A stretch of DNA of 64,000 nucleotides, from assembly GCF_009914755.1 (NCBI RefSeq), contig NC_060926.1. One strand, given 5' to 3'. The notes under the pieces were generated by a model. It was not told the origin of the DNA, did no database searches, and saw nothing but the letters and a program-made list of their open reading frames with translations. A program made the position numbers and the translations under genes. The stretch's first letter is position 1. Each line of letters begins with the position of its first letter. Origin of the DNA: the human T2T-CHM13v2.0 reference genome, Homo sapiens. Positions 24,931-38,400 of the stretch are shown piece by piece.

Positions 24931-26805
24931 GTGCTTATTCTCTCCCACAATTCTTAAAAATAACATCTTGCTTCCAGCATTTAGAGGTTTATTATTCTTA
25001 AAAGTATATTTATTTCAACTAAAACATTATTTTATATGATTACTTTTTGCATCTTTGGAAGATTTCAGGAAAGAGTTTTTATTTTTTCATACTGTTTTGG
25101 AATTTTGCATATTGTGATTTGTCTTTAGCACTTTTAAATTTTTATATCTGTGCACTTTCTCCAAAATTAATTGTTTTTCAAGGAGAGGATTGTGTCTATG
25201 TCACTGATGGCTTGCAGCATGAGATGTTTGATGAAGATACTATTAATTGAGAAGAAAATGTTTTATGATAAAAAAATGACTAGCGGAAAATAAAGTAAGA
25301 TGTTAATGTTACTACAAAATAAAATATCTGAGACAAGATGCAGAAGATAAGTTAGCATTTGAACTTTTTGCCATGACCTAGATGCCAATACATTTCCTTA
25401 AAATAATCCAATCCAAATTGTATAAAGCAGTTAAAAGATAATTAAAGAGGTTTCTGAATTTCTTGTTTTCTTAAGATGTCTTCTACATTTCTGTTTCTAA
25501 AAACTTATGAATCACTTGATCAGTATTGGGCATTCCCCACTAATAAGCCTCAAAATTTGTAAGTATGTCATGGATTTTTAAAAATACATGGCAGAAAAAA
25601 TTATTTTCCTTTATAACATACCTGTTTCATGAGTCACTATAATTTATATTACCATGAAACTTATTCACTTTTTGTGAGGGAAGAGGCTCAGAAAAATTAA
25701 GAAAGGCCCTAATCACATTAAAGGAAATCAATTATATTTATCAGGAAATTCATAGCTCTTATATAACAATACAACCATATATTATAAAATTATGCCATAC
25801 TCTGAACAGGATTAAAATACACTTTTTGGCAAGCTTGAAATGGATTGTAATTCTCTATTTATAATCTGTAATGCAGAATAGTTTCTGGAACAAAAAGAAT
25901 GGTTATTTTTAAGTATTAGCATAATATAAATTTTTGACTAATGGTTAAAATATTGATTCTATTTTTCTAACATTGAGGATAGGAATTTATGAGTCAGTGA
26001 ATAAAAATAAAAGGCAATCAGCAGCAAGAATCAACAGCGAGGGCAAAATGGTTTTAATGCTTTTTCCTTTCATATGTTTCCAGGAAATGGTGCTCCCAAC
26101 ATGATGAGCACTAATAGACAACTGTATTAGTCAATATGGCTTTTATTATTTTTAAATGAATCACAACATGTGATTTCTCTGATAGCTTATAAAATATAAG
26201 TTTGAGAGAGAGGTGTCAGTACTATTGGTACTAATTTGTCTCCATATATTATTTTCTCCGAATAAAGTTACAGAATTTTGTTGCTCACAAAAAGTGCCAT
26301 GCATTACATTCATAAAACAATGCAAATGATGCCTGTGTCTGTGTACACACTCTAGTTTATAAAATCTAATTTGAAAATTATTAACTTGAAAACTGAGATG
26401 TATTTAACTTTTTGAAGGACTCATCACAGATTTTCTTCAGGTAGATAATTTTCTCTTTCAACACTTTAATTAAAACTTATTTGTTTCACTTCCTCAAACC
26501 CACCTATGTTGTCCTTCAGGCAACTGTTCAGAGATATAATGGACTTCATCAGCCAGTACATTCCATCAGCTGATCCATGAAGATATGAAACTTAGATTTG
26601 ATTAAGTTAATAATTAAGTTAGAGTTATTTGTTTTTGTGTGGTATAGCTTACAAATGATGACAACCCACACAAATGAACAAAGATTATAAATCAAGTTTC
26701 ACCAAAGATGCAGATCATCTTTGACAGAAATTGTTGTTTCTTTCATTTATTTTTGAATAAAGCGCTAATATAAAAATATATTAATTACTCATATTAAATC
26801 AGACT

Positions 26806-27037
26806 CTTTTTATTGATACATAGTAGTTATTCATATGTATGGGGTACAAGTATTTTGTTGATACATGCATACAATGTGTAATGATCAAATAAGGGGAATT
26901 GAGATATCCATAGCTGCAAACACCATTTCTTTGTTTTGGAAACATTCCAAATCTTCTCTTCTAGCTATTTTGAAATGTACTATAAATTCTTATTAACTAT
27001 GGCCATCCTAGTATGCTACTGAACACTAAAACTTATT
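26806..27037 (-). mobile_element. L1MA 3' end fragment
   Basis: tttttattgatacata..ggggtaca..catacaatgtgtaatgatcaaat..ttctagctattttgaaat. Confidence 0.8.
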
Positions 27038-27963
27038 ATAAGTGAAATATTACAGAAATATTTTTAAAACTTCAAGGGAGGAAACACTTTTGAAAGAAAA
27101 TTATACTATAAATAATCATTTTGAGCCCATAAACTTTTTAATGGAGCATCAATTATACATTTAAACAACAGACTAAAGTTCTTAAGAGGAATCGGAAGAA
27201 ACCAAAAAGGATTTAGCAAAAAACTACGGAGTTATCAAGGTCTTGACACAAAAACTTATGGAGAAAAATTACCCTATTGTGATTTTTTCAGACATAATAT
27301 TTGGCATACAAATCCTAAATGACATTTCAGTGTGTCATAGAAGGGTATAACAAGAATGATAATTATTCCACTTTTAAATTTTTTATTCTTGATGCTACAC
27401 AATCCTGATGAAAAAAAATCTTGGTAACATATATGTAAAGATAGGAATTATATAGTGAAGAATCAACTAAGAGAAATGAAATGCATTCTCTGGTAATGTG
27501 TGATTCCATTTTATGTAGTCCTGAGTGAAATCTTGGGATGCAAGCACATGCCATCGTCTATGGTTAAAAATATTCCATGTAGCCAATAGTTCTTCTAGAT
27601 CACAGAGTGCATGTCTGAACAAAGCTTAGACATTCCAGGCCCAAATGTTATACCCTTCTTGCCAGCTCTGAAAGAAGCACATATGGAAGACTATATGACA
27701 TCTCTGAGAAGATGTGTCACTGAAATAATGTTCCCTGAATCTAATGAAACAATGTTATATGCATGCACATACATAAACTCACAGACAATATTATCTGCAG
27801 ATTGATTTTGGCTTTCATTTGCCTACTTCTTTTCTTCTTTAATCAAGTATTAATTCCATATTCCATATCCATTTATTAATTACCTGCTTAATAAGGGAGC
27901 ATATCACTATGCTGGACCTAAACTTAATACTAGAGAAAGTGAAAGTATGCTCTGGTTAAAAAG

Positions 27964-28060
27964 ACACACACACATACACACACATGCACACACACACACA
28001 CCTCTTTATATGTGTGTATATATACATACAAACATACATACACACATATACATATATGTG
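27964..28060. repeat. (CA)n/(TA)n compound microsatellite
   Basis: Direct reading. Confidence 0.85.
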
Positions 28061-31000
28061 TAAGGAAAAAGTAAAAGCCAAAGATAGTAGATATAAAATG
28101 TACAAGTACTGAGAATTTCAGAGTAAGAAAATCTGTGTACCTGTGCATTGTAAGATAAAAACCTTATTGAGGCATTGGTTACTTGGAGGAAGTATTAGAG
28201 GAAGTATAAACAAAATTTGGAAGGTAAGCATTTCTAGAAAGTGGAGAGTTTAATCAATGACCCCAACAGGTAAGAAAAATCAAGACTTCAATATTATGTG
28301 ATAAGAAAATTGCTTGTTGGGGGCAAATAAAATGAGATAAATGGTAAAGAGAGATCAATTACATACACATTATGTGTTATATTGAGATATTTTCTTCAAT
28401 ATCATTTAAGTAGTCAACTATGGGTGATTTTGATGATGATAGTGGTAACAATGAAATGACATATTGGTGAAATTTGCAATAAATTTGGGATTAAGAATGC
28501 AATATGTACTTGGAATCCATACAAGGCACTAATGGTTTGGCAAGTTAGAAAAATTAAGACAATGCCACAGTGTTGCAAGATATAGCAACAATATGCTCCA
28601 TGTGATTCTCTCTTCACATTTAAAAGCACTTTTTATTTGCAGCTGCAAATGTAAGCCTTGATACTTCCAGTACTATTTAAATTGCCTTGTAAGAATGTTA
28701 TTTTATACTTGTAAATATTTGTTAATTCTAAATGAAATTACCACCATGTGACACAATAAAATGCCTAATTTCTCATGAATAGGAAATCAAGAAATACTGT
28801 GTGTGCAACTAAAAACAAAAAACTACAATCTAAGGATGTATTTTCAGATAAATGAATTACTATAAATGAGTTGCTAATGAAGTATTCTAGATTCTCCATT
28901 GAAGTTCTGAAAAAAATTATCTGACTTCTAAAATTGCCATATAGGGAGTAATTATTTATATAGAACAAATTAGCTCAATAAAAATCAATGATCTTTGTAC
29001 ATATAAAAATAGGGCAATGTCAACTAAATAGCAAAGGACATAATTGTGCATATATAAGAAAATTTTGATAAGTAATATTGCTCAGGCAGTAATTTATTTT
29101 CTGAATGTATGTAACTGTAGTTAAAAAATTAAAATTGCTGCTGTAAAGAAATGCACTATTTTTGAAGGAAAACCTAAAAATATCCAAAATACACTGAAGT
29201 ACTTGTGCCAAAGAGATGAACTGAGTTCAATAGCACCGAAATTTTATTTCCAGCAAAGCAAGATATTATCTATTCATTATTGTGATCACATTTATATCTT
29301 TCTTTGTTCATCACAGGCCTTAAATTATAAATAATTAGGGATCACCAAGAATATACATAAAATAAGCATGGTTAATTATATTAGTTCTGCTATTTGTTAA
29401 TTTTCTGCATTAAACAGACATAATTTAGGTTACTTTAGAGGGTGGGGCTTTATGTTAAGGATATATAGAGAATAGTTAGGAAATCTGGGAAATAATCTTA
29501 TTGGCATAGTCTGCATTCAAGGATTGTTGGGCATGTTTAAGATGCCGCAAAAACTCTGAAAATGCAAATCCAACTTTGAAAGTTTTTAAATTTTCTTAAG
29601 TATCTTCTTTCTATCTTTCCTATATTTTTCCTAATAACTGTATTGATTGCCCCTTTTGTAGTCTGCTTCCTTTTATATCTGGCCTTCTGCTGTCTGTATC
29701 AGCATTTGCACTGCTGTACTCCATGTAACTGCTGCTCAAGAACTACAGAAGCAAAATGGGTGAGCTAGCAAGTCCCTGAATCTTTGAGCAGAATTCTAAT
29801 GCTTGCCTACCCAGATGCCTTTGGAAACAAATCTCCAATGAAAGCAGCTATGTCCAAGCAGGGATGCTTGCAGAGTTCAAAGTGTAAGAAGCTTAACATA
29901 GGGAGTGTATATACAGAATCTCATGATTTGACCAAAAAATAGCCATGAAAGTTTTCCAAAATAAGATGAATATAAATGTCTCGTCTGTCACTGAAAAAGG
30001 CAATGACCAAGTCCAGAACAAAGAATATTACAAAAAGAAATTATCATATAAAAATGAACCAAACTAGCAAGTGACATGACTATGAAAAATAGTTTTTTGT
30101 GTAAGAGAATACTTTTTCTATTGATATTTGTAACATTCATTTGAAAGATAGAGTGATTTCCTCTCTTTTGTCCAATCATGTTACTTGGTATTTCAATTAA
30201 TATTATTTTCATTATGATTATCATTCAAAAATTGATTGTGTTTAATTAATACAATGAATGTCTGTAAGAATTCTCTAATTTCCTCAAGACTGTTCCACAA
30301 TGAGCAACTCTACCACAGGAAGAGTAAATATAAGTAACACAGCACAAAATTCAGACAAATAGACAACTCTAAATATAAATATACCCTCAAGTAAAGGGCT
30401 TTTCTATAATTAAATATTTTAAATATATTTTAAAAAACTAAATGATATTAAAAGTGACAAACATGTATTTATTAAAATTATATACAAAATAGATCTATAT
30501 TTAGAATATTCGCTAACATATAATTTATTCAAAATATTATATACTCTGTTTTTGGCCTAATCACTTTTTATTATGCTAATAATTGAAAACATTTTAATAA
30601 TTTTGATAAAATAATATTTTCTATGCTAATGCTAAGAAAAATATTAACTTATTTTATAGTTTAAAATAAGCATATTTATTGAAGTAGTGGGCAAACATAA
30701 GGCCTATGTCCAACTCACTTTAAAGTTACCGTATTACTTCTAGTCATACTAGAGTATGTCCAAAAAGTGTCCAAATATGTGCAGCGGTTCCCTTGCAGTC
30801 TGAATATTTGAATATTTATTATGTCTCCTATTGCCCTAAAAAAATTAATGAAATGTCAAATTTCAACTTAAGTGAATACCCATCATCCTTAAGGAAAAAG
30901 GCTATCATAAACAACACCAGTTCCAGGAATAAAAATGTGAAAGCATTTATCGTATAAAATGACTGCAGATGTGATTTAAAATAAAATGCTAGTAGCATCT

Positions 31001-31574
31001 TTGTTCTTCCATTATCATCTGGAGTGAGGATCAAAAGTAAAAAGTAAACTATTTTTTAATAAAATTAATAGTGAGGTAATTTCTTTATAATTCACATTAA
31101 TGAGCAAGTTATATTCTTAAAATATAGTTCCAAATGTGATAAATTCCTTGGACTTCTATCTACCGAATGTGTTACATTTTCATTGCTCTTTTCATTCAAA
31201 AGGAATTCTTGAATTTAGACAATTAGTCCCATCTGTAAAAACAATAAGTACAGTTATTAAAAATAGTATTCAAAATTACAAAAAATATAAATAAATATTG
31301 CTAAAATTTTGTTACTTTTTAAACTTTAAAAGTATAGTTTTATAATATTGTTTGATTTTCTGATATGATTACCTATATATCTTAGACAAGAGTTTTTTAT
31401 TTTAATTCAATGGGTAATGATGCTTTTGATTTTTCTTCCAGCAACCCACAATGTACAGTCACAGCCAACAAGGTATAGGCATGTGGCTACTTCCCTGGGT
31501 GTGTAACAATGATCCCTCTACTTCAGCAAGATCTCTCTTCTGTGTTCCTTTATTTGTTCTGTGAAAATTTTATG

Positions 31575-31960
31575 ACATCAACTGACAACACTGTTCTAGG
31601 AACAAGGGTTTCACAGTGGACATGCTCTCACATTTTAGTGTAGAGAGTTAGATAGTGAATAAGCCAACAACCAGACGAGATAATTCCACATCATGATGAC
31701 TGCTCATAAGACACTTACCTCTTTTGTTGATAAGTCTATGGGGTATTGGGCTACAGACTGAATTTTGTGTTGAGAAGCTACATTAGCTTAGATTGTGCCT
31801 TTCTGGGCAGACAATATTTAATTTAAAACCTGAATTTTAAAGAGTCCAGGACAATGAAGACTAGGCACGGGGAAGTATTCCATAAGAGACAGCAGATACA
31901 AAAGTCTAAAGCAGGAATGAACTTTGTGGATATGATATTTTTAAAAGTGGTTTGAGGCTG
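31575..31960 (-). mobile_element. L2 remnant
   Basis: acactgttctagg..tgctctcacattttagtgtagag..gcagatacaaaagtctaaagcaggaatga. Confidence 0.45.
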
Positions 31961-32195
31961 GTCTATGGGAAAATCTTTAGAGCTGTGTAAATCTACTGTA
32001 AGAAATTATTTACTGCTTGAACACATTATTCTCTGAAACTTTAGCGAACTTGTCAGGACGATGATGGACAAGCAATCAATAAACTGGTCTTCTATAGACA
32101 TTTTACTCTTCTACAAAATTGCATTCACATGCATGCACATTCTCTCTACTTCTAGACCTCTCAGTTACTAGCATCTCCATTCTCCAGATGGAGAA

Positions 32196-32337
32196 TGTGT
32201 AGCATAACATCGAGGATTCATCTTGTTAGACCTACCTGTTGTACAGTACCCTCTGTGAGAAATTTACAATTGTGTAGCATAACATTGAGGATTCATCTTG
32301 TTAGACCTACCTGTTATACAGTACCCTCTGTGAGAAA
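32196..32337. repeat. 67-bp direct duplication with 8-bp spacer
   Basis: Copies 32196-32262 and 32271-32337 differ at 2 positions; spacer tttacaat. Confidence 0.95.
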
Positions 32338-32760
32338 CAGGGCAACAATGAATGGGAGAGATTAGTTAAATTATGTCCAGTTACTAAATTCACCTGAGAG
32401 AGTTGCCGCTCCTTTATACTTCTTTTGTTCATTCCTATACCCTTTTCTTTGCTTGCCTAAGTGCCTATGGTCAAATAACTGATTTTAGACTTCCACCAAG
32501 ATGGTGACGGGGTAGAAAGATAGAGTGCATTTCAAATTATTACACATTTAAAAAGTGAAACTTCTTAGGAGTCTCCATTAGAAGGTTAGATTGGGAAAGA
32601 GAGTTATTTGCATAATGAAACATTATAAATTTATTTTTGGGTTCAAAGAGATCCTGCTATTTTTGACCCCAATTAACATAACTAATCAAGGACTAATCTA
32701 CATATCACACTTATTGACAGTCTTAGTAAGTGGCCAGTCAACATCAGTCACTGCCAATCA

Positions 32761-32939
32761 TATTTATTTATTTATTCATTTTTATTTTTGGAGATGAGGT
32801 CTCACTCTGTCTCCCAGGCTGTAGTACAGTGGTGCAATCATAGCTCACTGCAGCCTCAAACTCCTGGGCTCAAGCAGTCCTCTCACCTCAGCCTTCCAAG
32901 TAACTGGAAGTACCAATGCACACCACCACACCCAGCTAA
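32761..32939 (-). mobile_element. AluJ/FRAM-like right monomer
   Basis: Single arm with J-type caatcatagctcactgcagcctc; flanked by tgccaat(c/t)at. Confidence 0.85.
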
Positions 32940-33589
32940 TGCCAATTATGTTTCTTTGGCTCTCAACAGGCCTATAACTTGTTATTCTGTGTGATAAACC
33001 CCATAAGTTGAAACTGTGCTACCAAATATGGATAAATCTGCAGTTGCAATGAGATTAGAAAGTTAAAATATGTTGCTATAATATAAAAGTCTAATATATT
33101 TGGAGGCAGCATTACATTTTACAAAACATGGAATTTTTAATAAGTAACATCTACATATTTATTCACACGTATACATATATTATTTCATGAGAAAACATAG
33201 GTATTTAGGATTTAAATAGTTTATGCATTTGATTTCTTTGTTAGTCTATTCAGATAATTCAAGAGGCTTACTTTATATGAGAATTAAATAAGCAATTAAA
33301 CGACAGCCTACCGTAACCTTTAAGAGAGCTCAACAAAATTGGCTTTATAAAAGATTAATACATACAATTAAAATGTTTCTTTCATACATGCAAAAAATTA
33401 AAATATCTATTACAATATGTTTTCTGTTCAGAATTTAAAAGGACAAAAACTATGGGGAAAACTGAAACTACTGAGACCTAATAATGGGCAGACACACATA
33501 CAACATCATAAATATTGAAAGTGGCATTTCAAATCAAGGGGCAAAGTATGGACTATGTAATAAATGATGTAGAGTGAGGCTCACTCCTG

Positions 33590-33841
33590 GTTAAGCCCTT
33601 AGGTGGCTGAGATTCAATGACTGATCAAGGCCAACACCAGACAACACTGATGGCCATTTCAGCTTCAGATCTCTCCCACTGGGTTAAGTGAGACTGGGAT
33701 CTGCAACACAGCTCAGCTTCTCCCTCTGAACCATCTGGACTCCTTCTTTGCTATTTTATAGATGCTGCTCCCTGAAAAACAACATCCACCACACAAACCA
33801 ATACCTCAGAATCTCTTTCCCAGAAAACTCAATCTGTAGCA
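33590..33841 (+). mobile_element. LTR16-like ERVL LTR remnant
   Basis: cagctcagcttctccctctg..ctcagaatctctttcccagaaaactcaatctgtagca 3' end. Confidence 0.5.
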
Positions 33842-35469
33842 TGCTCATAATCCAGACTTATGCCATATGAAGAATATTTTCTTACCTAGAGGACAAGAAA
33901 CATAAGGTATACTAGGCTTTCATAATTGGAAGTAGCTTGGCCATTTAATGATTAGACATAACCCCATTTTTTATAACCCAAATGAGACTGTGAACTCTGA
34001 CTGAAAAGACCTAGAGCACTTATTTCTTTGTTCTAAAATGCACTCACTTCTTAACTCCCTTATGAAACTATCCCCAATAGGCTAAACTACCTATAGGAAA
34101 TGATTTTTGGTAATATGGACTATAATTATGTCAAAGTTTTCATTAGAATAACTTACATTAAATAATAATCTGAATATTTTCCTTGCCCAAATTAACTCAC
34201 AGAGCAAATGGAAATTGGAAACTTACATATAAAAAAATCATCTTTTCAGTTTTTCTTGACAAATTAGATCTAAGAAGCAGCCTACCTTGCTGCATTGGTG
34301 GGAATGTCCTTTTCCATGGAAAATGTTTTTCTGCTTCTCCACAACCATTATCACCCTCTTTCAGTCACATATAAGGTGACCATATATCCCTGCTGGCCTA
34401 GTGCCATCCTGTCTTACCCTTGTCACAACATTTCATTCTCAAATACCAACATTTTCATTCTCACTAGTGTCCCAATTTACATAGTAAAGTTCATGGACAT
34501 GCTACTAATTTACCTTTCTGGCTTTTACTAAAGACATTTAGTTCAAATACCATGAACATGTAATGAGAGAGATTCTCAATGACTCCCTGAATCACCATTA
34601 ATGCAATTTTCCCCTGGTAACAGACAATTGACTATAAAGAACCTTGCTTAAACACAAGTTCAATCATGATTTTTTCATGCTATAGATGGTAATAAGAGTT
34701 CCTTTATTATCTGTCAAGGGGATTTTCAGCATGTTAGTATAAAGTTGTTTGTGGCCCTGTCCCCAGTCTGAAAACCAACACACAGAGAGAAGCAAGATGA
34801 CAGACCAAGTGAGTCCTAACAGGAAATAAAAGCCTATATCCATTGCTACTGTCATCCAGGCTTTTTCTAATTATGAGGGCAATGTATGTCATTTTTACTG
34901 AGCTAAATGGAATTCACATTCTGGTAAGATGCAAATAAAATGAATCATTCCAATAGCTTAGCTTGTTCATTTTTATTTACATATATAAATAGAATTAAAA
35001 TAAAAATTTATACATATATATTTCAGTGAAATAATTTAATACTTTTTCTCTTCTTGCTCTTTTATATCTAATCTTAAGAATAATGATCTATTCCTTTATC
35101 TAACACTTCATGTTATATCCTCAGAGAGGAAGACAGAATTTAAATTTTAAAGTGTGAGAGAAACCTTAGAAATCATCTTCTGCAGCTATGTAATTTTATA
35201 GAAGTCACAGAAAAATTCCATGACATAATTGTTCATATCCAATCACAATATAGCACTGACTATAAAAAGATTAATCTACCTTTAATCTCACTTATTCTTC
35301 TGCTCTTATTGTCAACCTTTATTTTGGCAGGGGTGGGGTGGGGGCAGTAGTTGGCGGTGGTTAAGGGTACAAGTGGACTCATTTATTTATTCTTTGAAAG
35401 AAGCACTCTGTTTATCCTTATGGCTTTACAATAATTATAGCTATTTTTTACTGTGTACCATTGTAATGG

Positions 35470-38400
35470 TGAGACAGACAGATGGGAAGGGCTCCCTGGC
35501 AAAACTCCAGCTGGCCTGCACACTGGGTTGGAGGCACAGAAGTTCACACCTGTTTGCAATGGAGAGGAGACTGGCCCCTCCTTTTCCTGGGTGGAACCGG
35601 AAATTCAAGCTGCAAGGAGGGAAGCTCACTAGCAGGATCTCTGGCGTTGGGAAGAGTCCCTGTTACCCCTTTTTTCCCTTTTTACCGAATAAAACCCTGC
35701 CTTACTCACCCTTCAGGTCATCTACAATCCTAACTTTTCATGGCTCTGAGACAAAGACTCCGTCTTTTGGTGAACTAAGGAAATGTCCTGCAACATTTTT
35801 GGCACACAGCATAGGACTTGAGAAGTGGTGAGTGAAATGGGAACTCAAAACCTCTCACTGTCGCTTCTAAGCTTTTTCATACTAGTATTTCTGAAGGTAG
35901 GGGAAACCATGCCCCCATCTCAGTCACTCCCAGGGGTCAGAGAAGTCGGCCTGAGTCTCCATGGCCTTTCCTTCCTTTTTTGGAACAGACCAGCAAGCAT
36001 TGGCTCCCCTCCACCACTCCCCACCGCCACCCCCCCGCCCCCACCCGTCCCTGCCAGAGCTGGGACACATGGCTGAGGCACCGTGGGTGGTTGCTTGGCG
36101 GGAGTCTCCCCCTCCTGGGGCCAGCTCCATCCCACAGCAATTAAACTTGTCTCCCTGGTGGAGGAACAACTTGCATTAGAGTAAGAGGTTCCTCCCCGGG
36201 TATTTTAAAACCGTTTCTTTTCTTTCCTCTTCTCCACCCCATCAGCAGTTAACTTTTATAGGTTTTTTTTTTCCCCCTTTTAGAAGACTTTACTAGGCCA
36301 GGCCCCCCAACTATCACTTTATATTCTCTGTAAAGTGTTGGTCATGAAAAAGAATCTTGTGGGACCTGGGCTTTCTCCTTCCTGTGTCTGTGATGTGTGT
36401 GAAGTCTGTAAAAAGAGCTCTAATTAATTTGGCCTACGAAAGACAAGTGCTTGGATCAAATATTTTTTTAAAGGGAAGATAAAAGCTGTGGTACCTTTTA
36501 TTTCATGTGACTTTAATCTTTGAGAAATCAAAACAGCCTTAAAGATTATTGGTAAAATGCAGGTGTCATTAAAATGTAAACAGGTGAACTAAACTATGCA
36601 GGACAGATGCAAGGTTTGCTAAATATTTTACGGTTATAAACTACTTTCTGGGTTTTGAGAACTATTTGACTTGCTGCCTTTACAATTGGTAATGCTTAGG
36701 GACATAAGGAATTAACCACACCTTTAATTATGAACCTAGCACACAATTAAAACAACCTACCAGGTCATACATTAAAGTTAAAAATTGCCAGGAGTTACCA
36801 TTATAACATGTAATTGAGACTACTGGAAACAGATTTACATGCAAGATGTGTAAGAAGAGCACAATGTGGTTTTTTTTGTGAAAAGTTATAAAAAGACATG
36901 GAAATGTAAATTTTTGCCTAGAGTTAAAGGATTGTTTTGAATTAGATAGGATAAAGCTGAAGGTTCCAACAAGTGGTGGAAGGATTGTGGAAATAAATCT
37001 TGCAGAAGAGGTTCTCTGTGTGAACATACTGACTAAATTCAAAAACGGTACTATATGGTTTTTCTGTAAATTGATCATTAAAATGAAAGCACAACAAGGT
37101 TTTCTTAAGGCACTATTCTTTGGCAAAATTTACAAAGGGTTATAAAAGATTTTTGTTTCTTTAAAATTTCCGAGTCATCATTTTGGCAAAATAAGTAACT
37201 TATGGTAATTTAGAATTCTGTTTTATAATATCAAGTGTTTTAAACCTCAAACGTATTTTACAGTCTTCCCAAAATCAAACTTCGGTTTTGAAATTGTCTT
37301 TCCTGACACCTGGCTTTTTGGATACTTAGAGGGCCCCTGAAACATCCAGAAAAGAGAGGCAAGCAGGATTATTTGACATATTTAGGTACATGGGATTGCC
37401 AAAATGATGTTCAATCTTCTTTATGTTATGTTTTATGAATAATGCTAATGTATGTTCCAAAATTGTGTGGGATTTCTAAAGTTCTAATGTCTAAGTATAT
37501 GCTATACTTAGCATATTTAAGGTTGTTAAGTTATTGTAAGCTATGGAGATAACCAAACTTCTTTGTCAATTGTGTTTCTAACTGTAACTTCCCTGGATTT
37601 TTTGTTATTCACAGACAATTGTCCTGTTTTAATCCTTTTCAAAAGATAGTTTATAATAAGCTATAGAGCTTTAGCAGGTGCTCTCAAATACAGGCTTCTG
37701 ATAACTTTGGAGATTATAACATTAGAATAAAGGAAAATGTACAAGAACTAAATGGACTGAACTCAGGAAACTGAAGCAATGTTTTTGATTTTTGCTTAGA
37801 ATATTGCTGATCCTTGTTTTGCTTTTCAGAGTCAAGGAAACTTATTTTGAACTATTTATAGCCTTTACTAATTGAGTAAGGTATATTTTTGTGATCAAGA
37901 TTTGGAATATGTTTGTTTCTCTCTGCCTGGTTCCTCTAGAATTGGGAAACTATCTGTGAGTATTTTTAACTTACGGCAACATGGTTGTTTGCATCAGTGC
38001 AATAAGAATACATTTTCTTTCGCAAGAGGACACAATTGGAAAAACTGGTAGCTTTACCAAGGCTTTGACTGGAAGTGTATGCTTCCCTTTAAAGAGTCAA
38101 TCTTGACTTGCAGAGCTGATAGAAGTCCAGTGGGGAACCTGGCCTCATACCCTTGCCTACATAGTCCCTGTGCAGTGTTCCTGACCTGTGGTCAGTAAAG
38201 AATGTCATTCTGTAACATTGAGTGGAGCCTATGAGCTCCACGTTTATCTTGGGACCTTAAGAGGAGAGAATCACCCAAGACACAGGTATTTGAGGATACA
38301 AACCCATGCCTGGGCTTGGATTTAAAAGGTCTTATCTGAGATTCCTTGAGGAAACAGAGTTCCATCAAAGGCAATCCAAAAGGCCTATGTAGAAATAGTT

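Noticed and set aside
21880-31480. Isolated splice-like signals (acceptors near 21899, 26083, 26519, 31441; donor near 31473)
   Set aside because: No consistent reading frame or recognisable protein; such motifs occur by chance. A lncRNA exon cannot be excluded without RNA data.
35470-35795. Possible p53 response element, since some MER61 subfamilies carry one
   Set aside because: I could not find a paired RRRCWWGYYY motif in either LTR.
35329-36055. G-rich (35329-35360) and C-rich (36005-36052) tracts as G-quadruplex candidates
   Set aside because: Short low-complexity tracts with no supporting context; too common to be informative.
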